A stretch of 32,000 nt of DNA from Moraxella nasicaprae (GCF_025643275.1 NZ_CP089977.1:2074667-2106666), one strand, 5' to 3'; numbered from the stretch's first letter, positions 9,733 through 18,178 are shown. Notes: a model not told the origin generated them from the sequence alone. Numbers and translations: made by a program.

Positions 9733-10254
9733 ATGCCAAATCCAAGTAACTACCCAACCCAAATCACGCCACATTTTAGCTATCGTGAGCTGACAAGAAG
9801 CGAAACTGCCAGACGGCATGGAGTTGCAAACATCCCAAGCCAAAGCGATCTTGCCAACATCACTTATACCGCTCATCAGCTTGAAAAGGTGCGTGCTTAT
9901 TTAAATGACAAATACCAAAAGCCCATCGCCATCATCGTAACTTCTTGCTTTCGTAGCGAAAGGGTTAATAAACTGGTTGGTGGTTCAAAAACTTCCGCTC
10001 ATCGCTTTGGACTGGCGGCGGATTGTGATGCTACAGGCTTTACATCAAGGGCATTTGCCAAAGAAATCATTGAGATGCGTGATAAGGGCTTGATTGCCTT
10101 TGATCAGCTGATTTTGGAATTTCCAGAAAGAGGTGATGGAGCATGGGTGCATTTGGGCTTTAAAAAAGACGGCAAAGGTCAAAGAAATCAAATCTTAACC
10201 GCCACCAAACGAAACGGCAAAACTGTGTATTTGCAAGGCTTGCAAGGAGGTTAA
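9733..10254 (+). CDS. Peptidase M15 family (D-Ala-D-Ala carboxypeptidase-like) peptidoglycan hydrolase, probable endolysin
   Basis: HFSYRELTRSETARRHGVANIP, the Zn ligand motif SAHRFGLAAD (Hx6D) and AWVHLGF. RBS taggag lies upstream. Confidence 0.8.
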   Translation: MPNPSNYPTQITPHFSYRELTRSETARRHGVANIPSQSDLANITYTAHQLEKVRAYLNDKYQKPIAIIVTSCFRSERVNKLVGGSKTSAHRFGLAADCDATGFTSRAFAKEIIEMRDKGLIAFDQLILEFPERGDGAWVHLGFKKDGKGQRNQILTATKRNGKTVYLQGLQGG

Positions 10255-10362
10255 GATGATTTAGATTAAACGATAAAAAAAGAAAAGACGGTCGGTATGA
10301 CGGTGTGCGACCACCGCCATACCAGCCACGCAGTGTGAGTGCGTAAGCCCAAAGAACCGCCT

Positions 10363-10374
10363 GCTTAGCTAAGC
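10363..10374. promoter_or_regulatory. Perfect 12-bp palindrome GCTTAGCTAAGC upstream of the com-like gene (candidate operator or terminator element)
   Basis: Seen directly. It lies 41 nt before ATG 10415 and is followed by a T-rich run (tgttatttta). An imperfect 16-bp stem (10290-10305 pairing with 10312-10327) lies just upstream. Confidence 0.3.
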
Positions 10375-10414
10375 GGTGTTATTTTACCACAAAATCCATA
10401 GGATTACGCAAAAA

Positions 10415-10609
10415 ATGAAACAGCGTTGCACAAATTGCAAAAAACTTTTAGCCATTGGCACGGGCAATTTTGCCATCAAATGCCCAAGATGCAAAACTTT
10501 AAATCAAATTAACACGCAAACCAAAGAATGCCACGAGCATCATAACCCTTTAAATAAGGAAACCTATGAATGCTCAAAACAACCCCCAACCAACCCAATC
10601 CACCCCTAA
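10415..10609 (+). CDS. com: Mu Com-like zinc-finger translational regulator
   Basis: MKQRCTNCKKLLAIGTGNFAIKCPRCKTLNQI has the same CxxC...KLL...I.CPRCK arrangement as phage Mu Com (MKSIRCKNCNKLLFKA...IEIRCPRCKRHII, recalled from memory). It sits at the prophage right end and its 3' end overlaps the next gene by 44 nt, as com does with mom. Confidence 0.75.
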   Translation: MKQRCTNCKKLLAIGTGNFAIKCPRCKTLNQINTQTKECHEHHNPLNKETYECSKQPPTNPIHP

Positions 10610-11443
10610 CCCCAAACAATACCCAAAATCAAAACCCAGTGTCGGCAGTCTCTTTGCTGGCATTGGCGGATTTGACTTGGGATTTGAAAACGCAGGTTTT
10701 TACACCAGCTGGCAAGTGGAAATTGACCCCATTTGCAAAGCGGTGTTATCAGACCGTTTCCCCCACGCCACCCAGTTTGACGATGTTAGAAACTGCTTGC
10801 CCAAAATCCAAGCCCTGCCAAATGGCGGAAGTGTCGATGTCATGTCTCCATGGCAGGCAAACGAGCAGGACTTCACGGACAGCGGACAGGCTTGTTCTTT
10901 GATGCTATCGGTATTATCCAAGCAATTAAGCCAAGATTTGTCGTGCTTGAAAATGTCACAGGTCTCATCAATTCCAACGATGGCAAAGACCTACAAACAG
11001 TCATTGAAACGCTTGCCCAATGCGGGTATGTGGGATTTTGGCGAGTGCTGGACAGCCGTTATTTCGGAGTCCCCCAAAAACGCCGTAGAGTATTCTTGGT
11101 TGCAGGTCTTGGAGAATACCCACCATTTAGCCTTATGGCTGACTTGGGGTCAGTGGAACGCATTTCTGGCAAGACTGAATCGCAATCGTGCTGGGCGGAC
11201 GCACACCATACGCTACTGGCAGGGGTCGGCTCATCCGCCATCAACATCAATTGTGCTGATATCATCGCTGTGCCAAATGGACGGCATCAGATGGCTGTCA
11301 GGGAGCGAACGACTGTCGATGATGGGCTTTGCAAAGGATTGGATGAGACCAACGCTTGTGAGGCTAGGACTGCGGGAAACGCCGTCTGTCCGCAAGTCGC
11401 ACAGTTTATCGCAAGCCACTTGATGACGTCTTTTAACCCATAA
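10566..11443 (+). pseudogene. DNA (cytosine-5) methyltransferase, disrupted by several frameshifts
   Basis: Motif I SLFAGIGGFDLGFENAGF is in frame 1. A PCQ triplet occurs only in frame 2 (10813-10821). AGKRAGLHGQRTGLF, ENVTGL and QKRRRVFLVAG are in frame 3. Motif IX ERLSMMGFAKDW is back in frame 1, and motif X GNAVCPQVAQFI is in frame 3. Confidence 0.65.
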
Positions 11444-11506
11444 TTGAACCAGCATTTCAACCATTTTGAGTGTCTTGAACGCCTTTAACTTTAAAAGGAT
11501 AAGTTT

Positions 11507-12373
11507 ATGACACTCAATTCACTTTCTAACAAACATTACAAAACCGCCCCTTTGCCATTTACAGGGCAAAAGCGAATGTTTTTAAGGCACTTTGAAAAAA
11601 TCTTAAAAGATAATGTCTCAAATGATGGAGAGGGCTTTACGGTGCTTGATGTCTTTGGCGGTTCTGGACTGCTTGCTCACAATGTCAAGCGTATCTTGCC
11701 CAAAGCCAACGTCATTTATAACGACTTTGACGGCTATGCTGAGCGTTTGGCTCATATTCCCACCACCAATCGCTTACGCCAAGAGCTGTTTGAAATCTTA
11801 AAAGACGAGCCAAGAAGTGCCAAATTATCAAACACCACCAAAGCCAAAGCCCTAGACCATATCCGTAAAAGTGCCGACAACGGGACTTTTGTTGATGTGC
11901 AAACCTTGGCAGGTTGGTTGTTGTTTAGCGGACGACAAGTGGGCAATCTTGATGAGTTTTTGGCAGAGTCCACCTTTTATAACCGTATTGTCAAAACTGA
12001 CTACGACACCGCAGATGGCTATCTGGAAGGTCTTATCATTGAATGCCTAGATTTTGAAAAGCTGTTACAAAAATACCAAGACACCCCAAATTGCTTGCTT
12101 CTGCTTGACCCGCCTTATGTTTGCACCGCACAGGGGGCGTATGCCAAGCACGGCTATTTTGGCATGACGAAGTTTTTACGGCTTATGCAGTTTGTGCGTC
12201 CACCCTTTATCTTTTTTAGCTCCACCAAAAGCGAGTTGATGGATTATATGGCTTATGTGGAGCAGTACGAGCCACCCACTTGGCAAAGGGTTGGGGGCTT
12301 TGAGCGGATTGTTGTCAATGCTCGCATTAACGCACAAATTGGCTATGAAGACAATATTTTGGTTAAGTTTTAA
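11507..12373 (+). CDS. N6-adenine DNA methyltransferase, Dam-like (D12 class); no adjacent restriction gene
   Basis: The AdoMet motif VLDVFGGSGLLAH precedes the catalytic LLLLDPPYV (alpha-group order). The ORF is an intact 288 aa with RBS aaaagga. Confidence 0.7.
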   Translation: MTLNSLSNKHYKTAPLPFTGQKRMFLRHFEKILKDNVSNDGEGFTVLDVFGGSGLLAHNVKRILPKANVIYNDFDGYAERLAHIPTTNRLRQELFEILKDEPRSAKLSNTTKAKALDHIRKSADNGTFVDVQTLAGWLLFSGRQVGNLDEFLAESTFYNRIVKTDYDTADGYLEGLIIECLDFEKLLQKYQDTPNCLLLLDPPYVCTAQGAYAKHGYFGMTKFLRLMQFVRPPFIFFSSTKSELMDYMAYVEQYEPPTWQRVGGFERIVVNARINAQIGYEDNILVKF

Positions 12374-12463
12374 AAAGTGAAAATTCATTACAAAAAGACT
12401 GGACTACGCTCTATGAGTACGGCAGTATGTGCCTTATAAATTAACAAGTTAAAGGTAAATGTA

Positions 12464-12910
12464 ATGTTAGACATTCAAACGGTTTCAAGTTTTGTCCAAG
12501 AGTATGGTGTGGTAGATTTTGACTGCGAGATGGACGATGGCGTACTTTGGTTTCGGGGTGTCAATTGTTATTTGATTATTGGCAAAGTTACTGACAAGCA
12601 GGTGTTTTTGACGGTTTGGGAAGATGATGAGTGCAATGAAGTCATTGAAAACTTTGAAATCCAGAACCTTGATGAATTGAATGTTTGCTTAAAGAAATAC
12701 GCCTTGATTGCTCAGGTAAGCACCAAGCAAGATGAAACCATCCAAAAACCAACCGACACCACGATGATTGATATCTACTTTAAGCTCATTAAAGACAAAT
12801 TGGCAGAACATCAAATCAACCTTGATTTTGAAAAACAAAGCCAAGCCGAAAAGCTGGTCATTCGCCACATTGAGGATAAACTGGTGGAGGTTATCAAATT
12901 TTTGCAATAA
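12464..12910 (+). CDS. Hypothetical acidic protein (last prophage gene)
   Basis: 148-aa ORF followed by a strong terminator. I recognise no motif. Confidence 0.5.
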   Translation: MLDIQTVSSFVQEYGVVDFDCEMDDGVLWFRGVNCYLIIGKVTDKQVFLTVWEDDECNEVIENFEIQNLDELNVCLKKYALIAQVSTKQDETIQKPTDTTMIDIYFKLIKDKLAEHQINLDFEKQSQAEKLVIRHIEDKLVEVIKFLQ

Positions 12911-12929
12911 CCAAGTAAGATAAAAAAGT

Positions 12930-12960
12930 AAATGCCCCAAGTAAGATTGGGGCATTTTTT
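12930..12960. terminator. Bidirectional rho-independent terminator
   Basis: Stem aaatgcccca (12930-12939) pairs with tggggcattt (12948-12957) around an 8-nt loop. T6 follows on the + strand and an A-run precedes it (T-run on the - strand). It lies between convergent ORFs. Confidence 0.75.
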
Positions 12961-12983
12961 ATGGGGTAATTGTAAAAATGAAA

Positions 12984-15900
12984 TTATCTTGCACATAGTG
13001 CAACAAAACCAAAAAGATATTTATTGCATAAATAGGCGAGATTTTTCGCGGCGGGCATCATCATCTCCAATCTTCCTGTATTTATTAGGGCTGCCAATCT
13101 ATTTGCTTCTTCCTGATTGGCTTTTGGTGCATTTGCTCTAATTTTATTATAATAAGCCCCATTCCATCTCACCACCTCCTCAGCCATCTGCACTGCCATA
13201 TTCACATCTTCTTCTGCTAGGGCTGCTACTGTCCCTGCGATGAGTTTGGCTTGGTTGATGATACTTTGTCTTTGAGAGTCTGTTAGGGTAGTGGGGTCAT
13301 CTATTTGCCAATCTGCCCAGATTTCTGCCATACTAGCACCTAAGGCACCTGCTTGGCAAGTTGATCCTTGTGCTTTGGCAGATAGACAGCCTGTGAGTCC
13401 TGCGGCAAGTTTGTGGGCGATGTTGTTAATGTTGCCATCTGTATCAATGGGTTTAACCAAATGAGCAAAGGCTTGTTGATGTGATAGGGCAATCAGTTGA
13501 TTACCAAGATTGGTTTTTAGGTTGTCTTCTAAGTCTGTGCCATAGATGGCAGATTGTAGTAGGCTTTTTGAAGTACTTTGGGCAATGCCTTTGATGAATC
13601 TGTCATTAAGACTTAACTGGGTTTGGTCAATGCCTTGTATGTTTAGTCCTTTATCAATCTTATTGCTGATACCAGCACTGGCGATGGCAAAGGCAAGCTG
13701 TTTGGCATTGTCTTTATTGCCAAGCTGCTTGATGGCGGCTTTGATGTTGCCTTGATTATTGATTAGGCTGATGGTGGCTTGTTCGGCAAGGGTGCTAAGA
13801 GCGGTATTTGCCATCGCTGTCAGGGTATGACTGCCCAATAAAGTACCGTTAATCGGTGCAATACCGCCTGTTGCCATTCCCATGGCAATGGTTAAGATGG
13901 CAGCCCCTGCTGGAGTAAGACCTGCTTGCTGGTAGTTCCATTCTTTTTGAGTGAGAATAAGGGTCTGCCAGTCGATGTTGTTTTGCTGGATGAGCGAATT
14001 TAGATAGCTGTATTCGGGCTGTTTGGCAAGTTCAAGGATTTGTTCCTTGATGACTTTTCTTTGGACATCTTTTTCGCTGATAGGGATTTGTACCACAAGA
14101 CCGCCATCGGCAACAAAACTAGGCGGTGTACTACCTGTAAAGCTGGGTAAAACAGCTGTTTGAGTATATTGTCCTTTATCTTGCATTCGTTGCCAAAAGA
14201 CTTCATTGGCTTGTGAGGTGGTGCTTATATTGAGAGTGCTAATCGCTGGAAGTAGATGAACTTTGCCGCCTGCTTCAATATTTGCACCAGACAGATAGCT
14301 AAATATACTGCCTTGTAGGGTGGTGTCGCCAAGAGATTTGGTATTGATATAACGAGCGGTCAAAGAGGCGGGCAGGGCAGTAATTTGCAATTTGTGATGA
14401 TTGGTTGTTGCATTGCCTGCTTTAACGCCCAAGATGCGTCTTTTGACCTGAGTATCTTGATGATGCTCATGCACATCATTGACGCTAAATAGATTGATTG
14501 CACCTGTAGCAAAGACACTGATATTGCCTGTCGTACTCATTTTGGTGGCATAAAAGTCAGCATTACTTTGATGACCTTGAGCGGTTAATGAGATATGATG
14601 GGCAGCCAAAGAAGTCGGTAGGGCGGTGGAATACTCATCTTGGGTTTGAACATTGATGGTTTTGCGATTGAGTGCACTGCCTTTTTTGCTGCTACTTTCA
14701 TCGTAGCGATGGGTATAATTGATGGCATGGTCAACGAGTAAATGATGATTAGCAGCGATGGTTAGGTTAGACTTAGCATCAATGTTGCCAGCTTGTACAA
14801 CCAAATGGACTGGCTGCCCTGCTTGATTGGTCTTGGTGGCAGATAGGCTGACATTACTGGCTGTGATTTGACTTGGCACAAACAAAGCATGGTTGCGATA
14901 ATAAGAGGAGTTTTCCTTGCCCATTTCATAGATGTTGTGTGAGCCATCGACTAGGATGCTGGCGGTGATGTTTTGGTCGTTTTTGTGGTATTTGTCAGTT
15001 AATGTACCCTGTGCTTGCAAAGTGATGTTATTGGCAGCGGTCAAGTTCGATGAACGGATTAGAATGCCTTGAGCAGCATTCATGCTGATATTGTTTTGTG
15101 CTGTCAGGGTGGAGGGCTGATATTCTGTACCGATTGGATTTCTTTTCAAGTCAGCCAGTTGGTCAGTCAATCTTGATACATCAGCTTGCAAAGCCTCCTC
15201 TTTTGATTTGGCAGGCAAATGCTTAGATAATACCGATTCTAATTCGTTGATTTTGGCGTTGGTTTGGTTAATTAGTCGGTCATAGTCAGCCACAGTCTTT
15301 GGATCTGCCGGCGAAGTGGGTGATGCTGAACGAAATCTAATCCCTGATGGTGGGGGAGGCGGTGGGGGAGGTAAGAGAGTGTCGCCAAGCGATCTGCTGT
15401 TTTCTGGTAGAGATGGCGTGGCAGGATTGCTTAATGCCTGTCTTTGACTATGATGCAAAGCTAGCTGAAATTGCAGAGAATTAATCTGAGTCTGCAATTG
15501 TCGATAAGACTGATATGCGTCAGATTTTTGAAAGATTGCTAATGCTTGCTTGGCTTGTTTGAGCTGTTTTTCTATATTGTCAATCGTATGTATGGGCAAT
15601 GCTTGACCATCTAGGCGATTGCTTAGAGCATCAACCAGAACGGAGCCCTTCCCAGCATTTAGATGGATATTTTTACCTGTAATATTTGCCCCTTGTAAAA
15701 CAATCTCTTGTGCGGATATGGTCAAATTTCCTTTTGGAGTAAGTTGTGCTAATTGACCTGAGCCAATACCCTTAGTGCCTTCATGACCGATTAAATCAAT
15801 GTTGCCATTTTGGGACTGTAGCCATAAATCTCCATCAGCAGATAATTGATGTGTCTGAGGTCGAATGTGCAATGCTTGCTCGCTAATAATAGATAAGTCG

Positions 15901-17531
15901 CCACTTAGTGTCGTAGTTTGCGGATTTTTGGTTAACAGCTGTGTTTTGGTTGCATTAGCAAATAATTGACCCTGCGGCTTGATGGACAGCTTTTTGGTTT
16001 TTAATAAAATTGCACCAGCCGTCAGATTGGTCGATCCTGTAATCGTATGCAAACCAAGTGAAACGCTACTTAAGATACCCTTAGCACTTAAATTACCACC
16101 TATATTTTGATCGCCTGTGGTATAAAGCGTTAAATGATGATCGGCATTGGCAGTCGTGTTTTGCCAAACTAGGTCTTTTCTAGACTCAATAGAGATGTTT
16201 TTGTGTGCAGTTAAATTACTGTTAGTCAGCGTTTGATTTTGGTGTGTGTAGAGATTGATTGATCCATCTGCATTTAACTGGTTGTCAGTCATTTGTGCAC
16301 TGCCAGCTAATGATGCTACAGTGATGTTGCCTGTTGTACGAATACTACTTTTACCGATAGATAGAGCGTCTTTGGTAACTAACTGGACATTGCTGGCAGT
16401 CATATTGGACTGCTGTACGCTGAGCGTCTTGGCTTTGGTTTCAATGTTGCTGGCAGTTAAATTTGTTTGATGTAGATTAAGGGTGTTGTTTGTTGTTAAA
16501 AGGATGTCTCTCCCTCCTGTCACATTGCCTGCCAAAGTTTGATTGTTAGCATTTAGGTGGATATTGCCTTGTTTGGTGCTCATCACCCCTTGTGCCGACT
16601 GGTAAATATCTGTTTGGCTACTTAGTAGGATTTGATGATCTGCATGTATATTGCCTGTGTTTTTGATGTATCCATCACTACTGACATAGACTTGCTGAGC
16701 GGCGTTTAAGCTACCAGCATTATTGACACCAACGCCCTGATCGGTAACAATCAAACGAATATTGCCAGCATACATACCGCCAAGCTGACCTGTATCAATA
16801 GCAATGGTGGCAGCGGAAGATTTATTTGATGATGCTTGAACAGGAGTGGAAAGTCCATTGGTAATAATATTAGAGCCTGCAACAACATTAATACTATCAT
16901 TGGCATGGATTTTGCCATTTAATTCCACTGCTTTAGCATATAGATTAAGATAATTGGCTTGATGCCTATCGGACATACCTGTTTGACCGATATTAATTTT
17001 ACCAGCATTGATTTGATGGCTAATGTTGCCCTGCAAATGACTAACCGTGCCAGTTGTTAATGTTGCCTCATTTGTGTTAATAAACCCAGCACCAGAAACT
17101 ACAATTCCTGACGGGTTGGCAATGATAACATTGGCTGTTTGTCCAGCAACCTCAATAATACCAGCAATATTGGTGGCTTTACTACTGTTAATTTCATTGA
17201 TGATGGTATGGGCAGAACCTTGTTGTAAAAAAGGATTACCCTCAATCTGATTGGCAAGCTGTGTCTGTGTACTACCACGAGCATTGTTTAGCACGACACC
17301 TATGTCATTAACATTGAACCTTTCGTATTGATTATGAGATATGCCATTAACAGGTGTGCGAATCTGTACCACAGGAACAGCTTGTCCATTAGTATGAGTT
17401 CCTGCAAGAATAATGGGTTTTTTATTAGAATCTGCTTTTGGATCGCTGATAACTTGGGCAATGCTTGATGTTGAAATTGATAAAAGAATGGCAGAAATGG
17501 CAATATTCAAAGATGATTTTGAAAATAGCAT
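12984..17531 (-). CDS. cdiA: CdiA/filamentous-haemagglutinin-type TPS exoprotein, toxin-less truncated copy (1457 shared codons plus a 58-aa tail)
   Basis: Identical to the 1779-aa copy through VVRWN. It then reads GAYYNKIRAN...GRLEMMMPAAKNLAYLCNKYLFGFVALCAR*. The last 25 or so codons lie in the putative prophage end. Confidence 0.85.
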   Translation of the reverse strand: MLFSKSSLNIAISAILLSISTSSIAQVISDPKADSNKKPIILAGTHTNGQAVPVVQIRTPVNGISHNQYERFNVNDIGVVLNNARGSTQTQLANQIEGNPFLQQGSAHTIINEINSSKATNIAGIIEVAGQTANVIIANPSGIVVSGAGFINTNEATLTTGTVSHLQGNISHQINAGKINIGQTGMSDRHQANYLNLYAKAVELNGKIHANDSINVVAGSNIITNGLSTPVQASSNKSSAATIAIDTGQLGGMYAGNIRLIVTDQGVGVNNAGSLNAAQQVYVSSDGYIKNTGNIHADHQILLSSQTDIYQSAQGVMSTKQGNIHLNANNQTLAGNVTGGRDILLTTNNTLNLHQTNLTASNIETKAKTLSVQQSNMTASNVQLVTKDALSIGKSSIRTTGNITVASLAGSAQMTDNQLNADGSINLYTHQNQTLTNSNLTAHKNISIESRKDLVWQNTTANADHHLTLYTTGDQNIGGNLSAKGILSSVSLGLHTITGSTNLTAGAILLKTKKLSIKPQGQLFANATKTQLLTKNPQTTTLSGDLSIISEQALHIRPQTHQLSADGDLWLQSQNGNIDLIGHEGTKGIGSGQLAQLTPKGNLTISAQEIVLQGANITGKNIHLNAGKGSVLVDALSNRLDGQALPIHTIDNIEKQLKQAKQALAIFQKSDAYQSYRQLQTQINSLQFQLALHHSQRQALSNPATPSLPENSRSLGDTLLPPPPPPPPSGIRFRSASPTSPADPKTVADYDRLINQTNAKINELESVLSKHLPAKSKEEALQADVSRLTDQLADLKRNPIGTEYQPSTLTAQNNISMNAAQGILIRSSNLTAANNITLQAQGTLTDKYHKNDQNITASILVDGSHNIYEMGKENSSYYRNHALFVPSQITASNVSLSATKTNQAGQPVHLVVQAGNIDAKSNLTIAANHHLLVDHAINYTHRYDESSSKKGSALNRKTINVQTQDEYSTALPTSLAAHHISLTAQGHQSNADFYATKMSTTGNISVFATGAINLFSVNDVHEHHQDTQVKRRILGVKAGNATTNHHKLQITALPASLTARYINTKSLGDTTLQGSIFSYLSGANIEAGGKVHLLPAISTLNISTTSQANEVFWQRMQDKGQYTQTAVLPSFTGSTPPSFVADGGLVVQIPISEKDVQRKVIKEQILELAKQPEYSYLNSLIQQNNIDWQTLILTQKEWNYQQAGLTPAGAAILTIAMGMATGGIAPINGTLLGSHTLTAMANTALSTLAEQATISLINNQGNIKAAIKQLGNKDNAKQLAFAIASAGISNKIDKGLNIQGIDQTQLSLNDRFIKGIAQSTSKSLLQSAIYGTDLEDNLKTNLGNQLIALSHQQAFAHLVKPIDTDGNINNIAHKLAAGLTGCLSAKAQGSTCQAGALGASMAEIWADWQIDDPTTLTDSQRQSIINQAKLIAGTVAALAEEDVNMAVQMAEEVVRWNGAYYNKIRANAPKANQEEANRLAALINTGRLEMMMPAAKNLAYLCNKYLFGFVALCAR

Positions 17532-17673
17532 TTTAACTTCCTTGTAAAATTGTCAGCTCCTTCTTAGATTTAGTGAAAGTTTAGCAAATACCAAAAAATA
17601 GTTCAAGTCGGAATTGGTATGATTTTTGAGGAAATTTAATCACGGGTTGGTGTGTATGAATACCTTATTTAAC
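13171..17673 (-). repeat. 4503-bp perfect direct repeat, copy A (cdiA promoter, 5'UTR and codons 1 to about 1454)
   Basis: Offset 7795 to copy B. Every stretch I compared is identical and all six-frame ORFs match in both copies. Identity ends at 17673/17674 on one side. On the other side, mismatches appear at 13170 and 13167. Confidence 0.9.
17578..17606 (-). promoter_or_regulatory. Candidate sigma70 promoter of cdiA copy A
   Basis: The - strand reads TTGAAC, a 17-nt spacer (tattttttggtatttgc), then TAAACT, about 45 nt upstream of the ATG. SD AAGGAAG lies 5 nt before the ATG. Confidence 0.5.
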
Positions 17674-18142
17674 TAATCTTTTATGTAACGAACTTCAAAA
17701 TTATAATAATATTAAAAATCAATTATTAACTAATTTCTTTGATTTTTGAGTTCATAAACAAGCATTTTGTTCGTCTTATTATGCCACATCTTATAGATAT
17801 TATAAGTCTTTTGCTTGCAGAAATGCCAAGACAAGACTGCGAAAAAATTAAAAAAATGAGAGTTTGGTTCCCACAAGAACGGGAGAGGAGCGGTGTTCTT
17901 ATGTGTCATGTAAAGCAGACTATCTGTGCAATACAGCCTAAAACAAGGCATGGAGCATCCGCTAAAACTGATGGCACGCACCACCTTTATCCCATGGATG
18001 GATGACATCTGGGATCGGGGTATGTACGAAAGACAGAGTGCTGATTATTACTGGCAAGGTTATAAAGATTTGTGCTTTAGAGTGCAGGCGTATGTCAATG
18101 AGAATCCCAAGCTAAGAGACATGTATCCCTAAACCGCTTTAT

Positions 18143-18178
18143 CAAGAATAAAAAACCACCATCGAAAAGATGGTGGTT
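18143..18178 (-). terminator. Rho-independent terminator ending the cdiA-immunity operon
   Basis: Stem aaccaccatc (18154-18163) pairs with gatggtggtt (18169-18178) around the loop gaaaa. On the - strand it is followed by ttttttatt. It lies 50 nt after the stop at 18228. Confidence 0.75.

Larger units (their letters stand above)
1..13060 (+). mobile_element. Right arm of a Mu-like/P2-like contractile-tail prophage; the left part lies outside the window and the right terminus is tentatively at 13060
   Basis: Same-strand, tightly packed and often overlapping genes in the order tape measure, GpU, X, D, V, W, J, I, fibre, fibre assembly, then a Com-like zinc finger plus DNA methyltransferases (Mu right-end layout). 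13042-13060 (tttttcgcggcgggcatca) matches, in the same register, the phage Mu right terminus TTTTTCGTGCGCCGCTTCA ending in CA. The Mu sequence is recalled from memory. Confidence 0.6.

Noticed and set aside
10290-10327. Structured intergenic hairpin as a tRNA or small RNA gene
   Set aside because: There is no cloverleaf, no T-loop GTTCRA consensus and no promoter/terminator pair. It is more likely a transcriptional or regulatory stem-loop.
10848-10856. Frame-1 SPWQ as a PCQ catalytic motif with Cys mutated to Trp
   Set aside because: These nucleotides overlap the frame-3 codons for MAGKR, which belong to the conserved motif that should follow PCQ..S. Both cannot be real. The frame-1 reading is out of register here.
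10566-11443. Two genuine overlapping genes (frame 1, 285 aa; frame 3, 197 aa)
   Set aside because: Methyltransferase motifs alternate between the frames in canonical order, which is best explained by one frameshifted gene.
13546-17503. Short ORFs (60-71 aa) in other frames and on the opposite strand within both cdiA copies (for example 13546..13755 and 21341..21550)
   Set aside because: They are fully embedded in a long, well-supported CDS, have no RBS, and are duplicated only because the repeat is duplicated.
13171-17673. The 4.5-kb repeat as an insertion sequence or transposon
   Set aside because: It has no transposase or terminal inverted repeats. It is entirely the cdiA promoter and coding sequence.
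17926-18132. 68-aa + strand ORF as a bona fide gene
   Set aside because: It has no RBS and no recognisable family, and it overlaps other short ORFs. It is kept only as part of the spacer finding.
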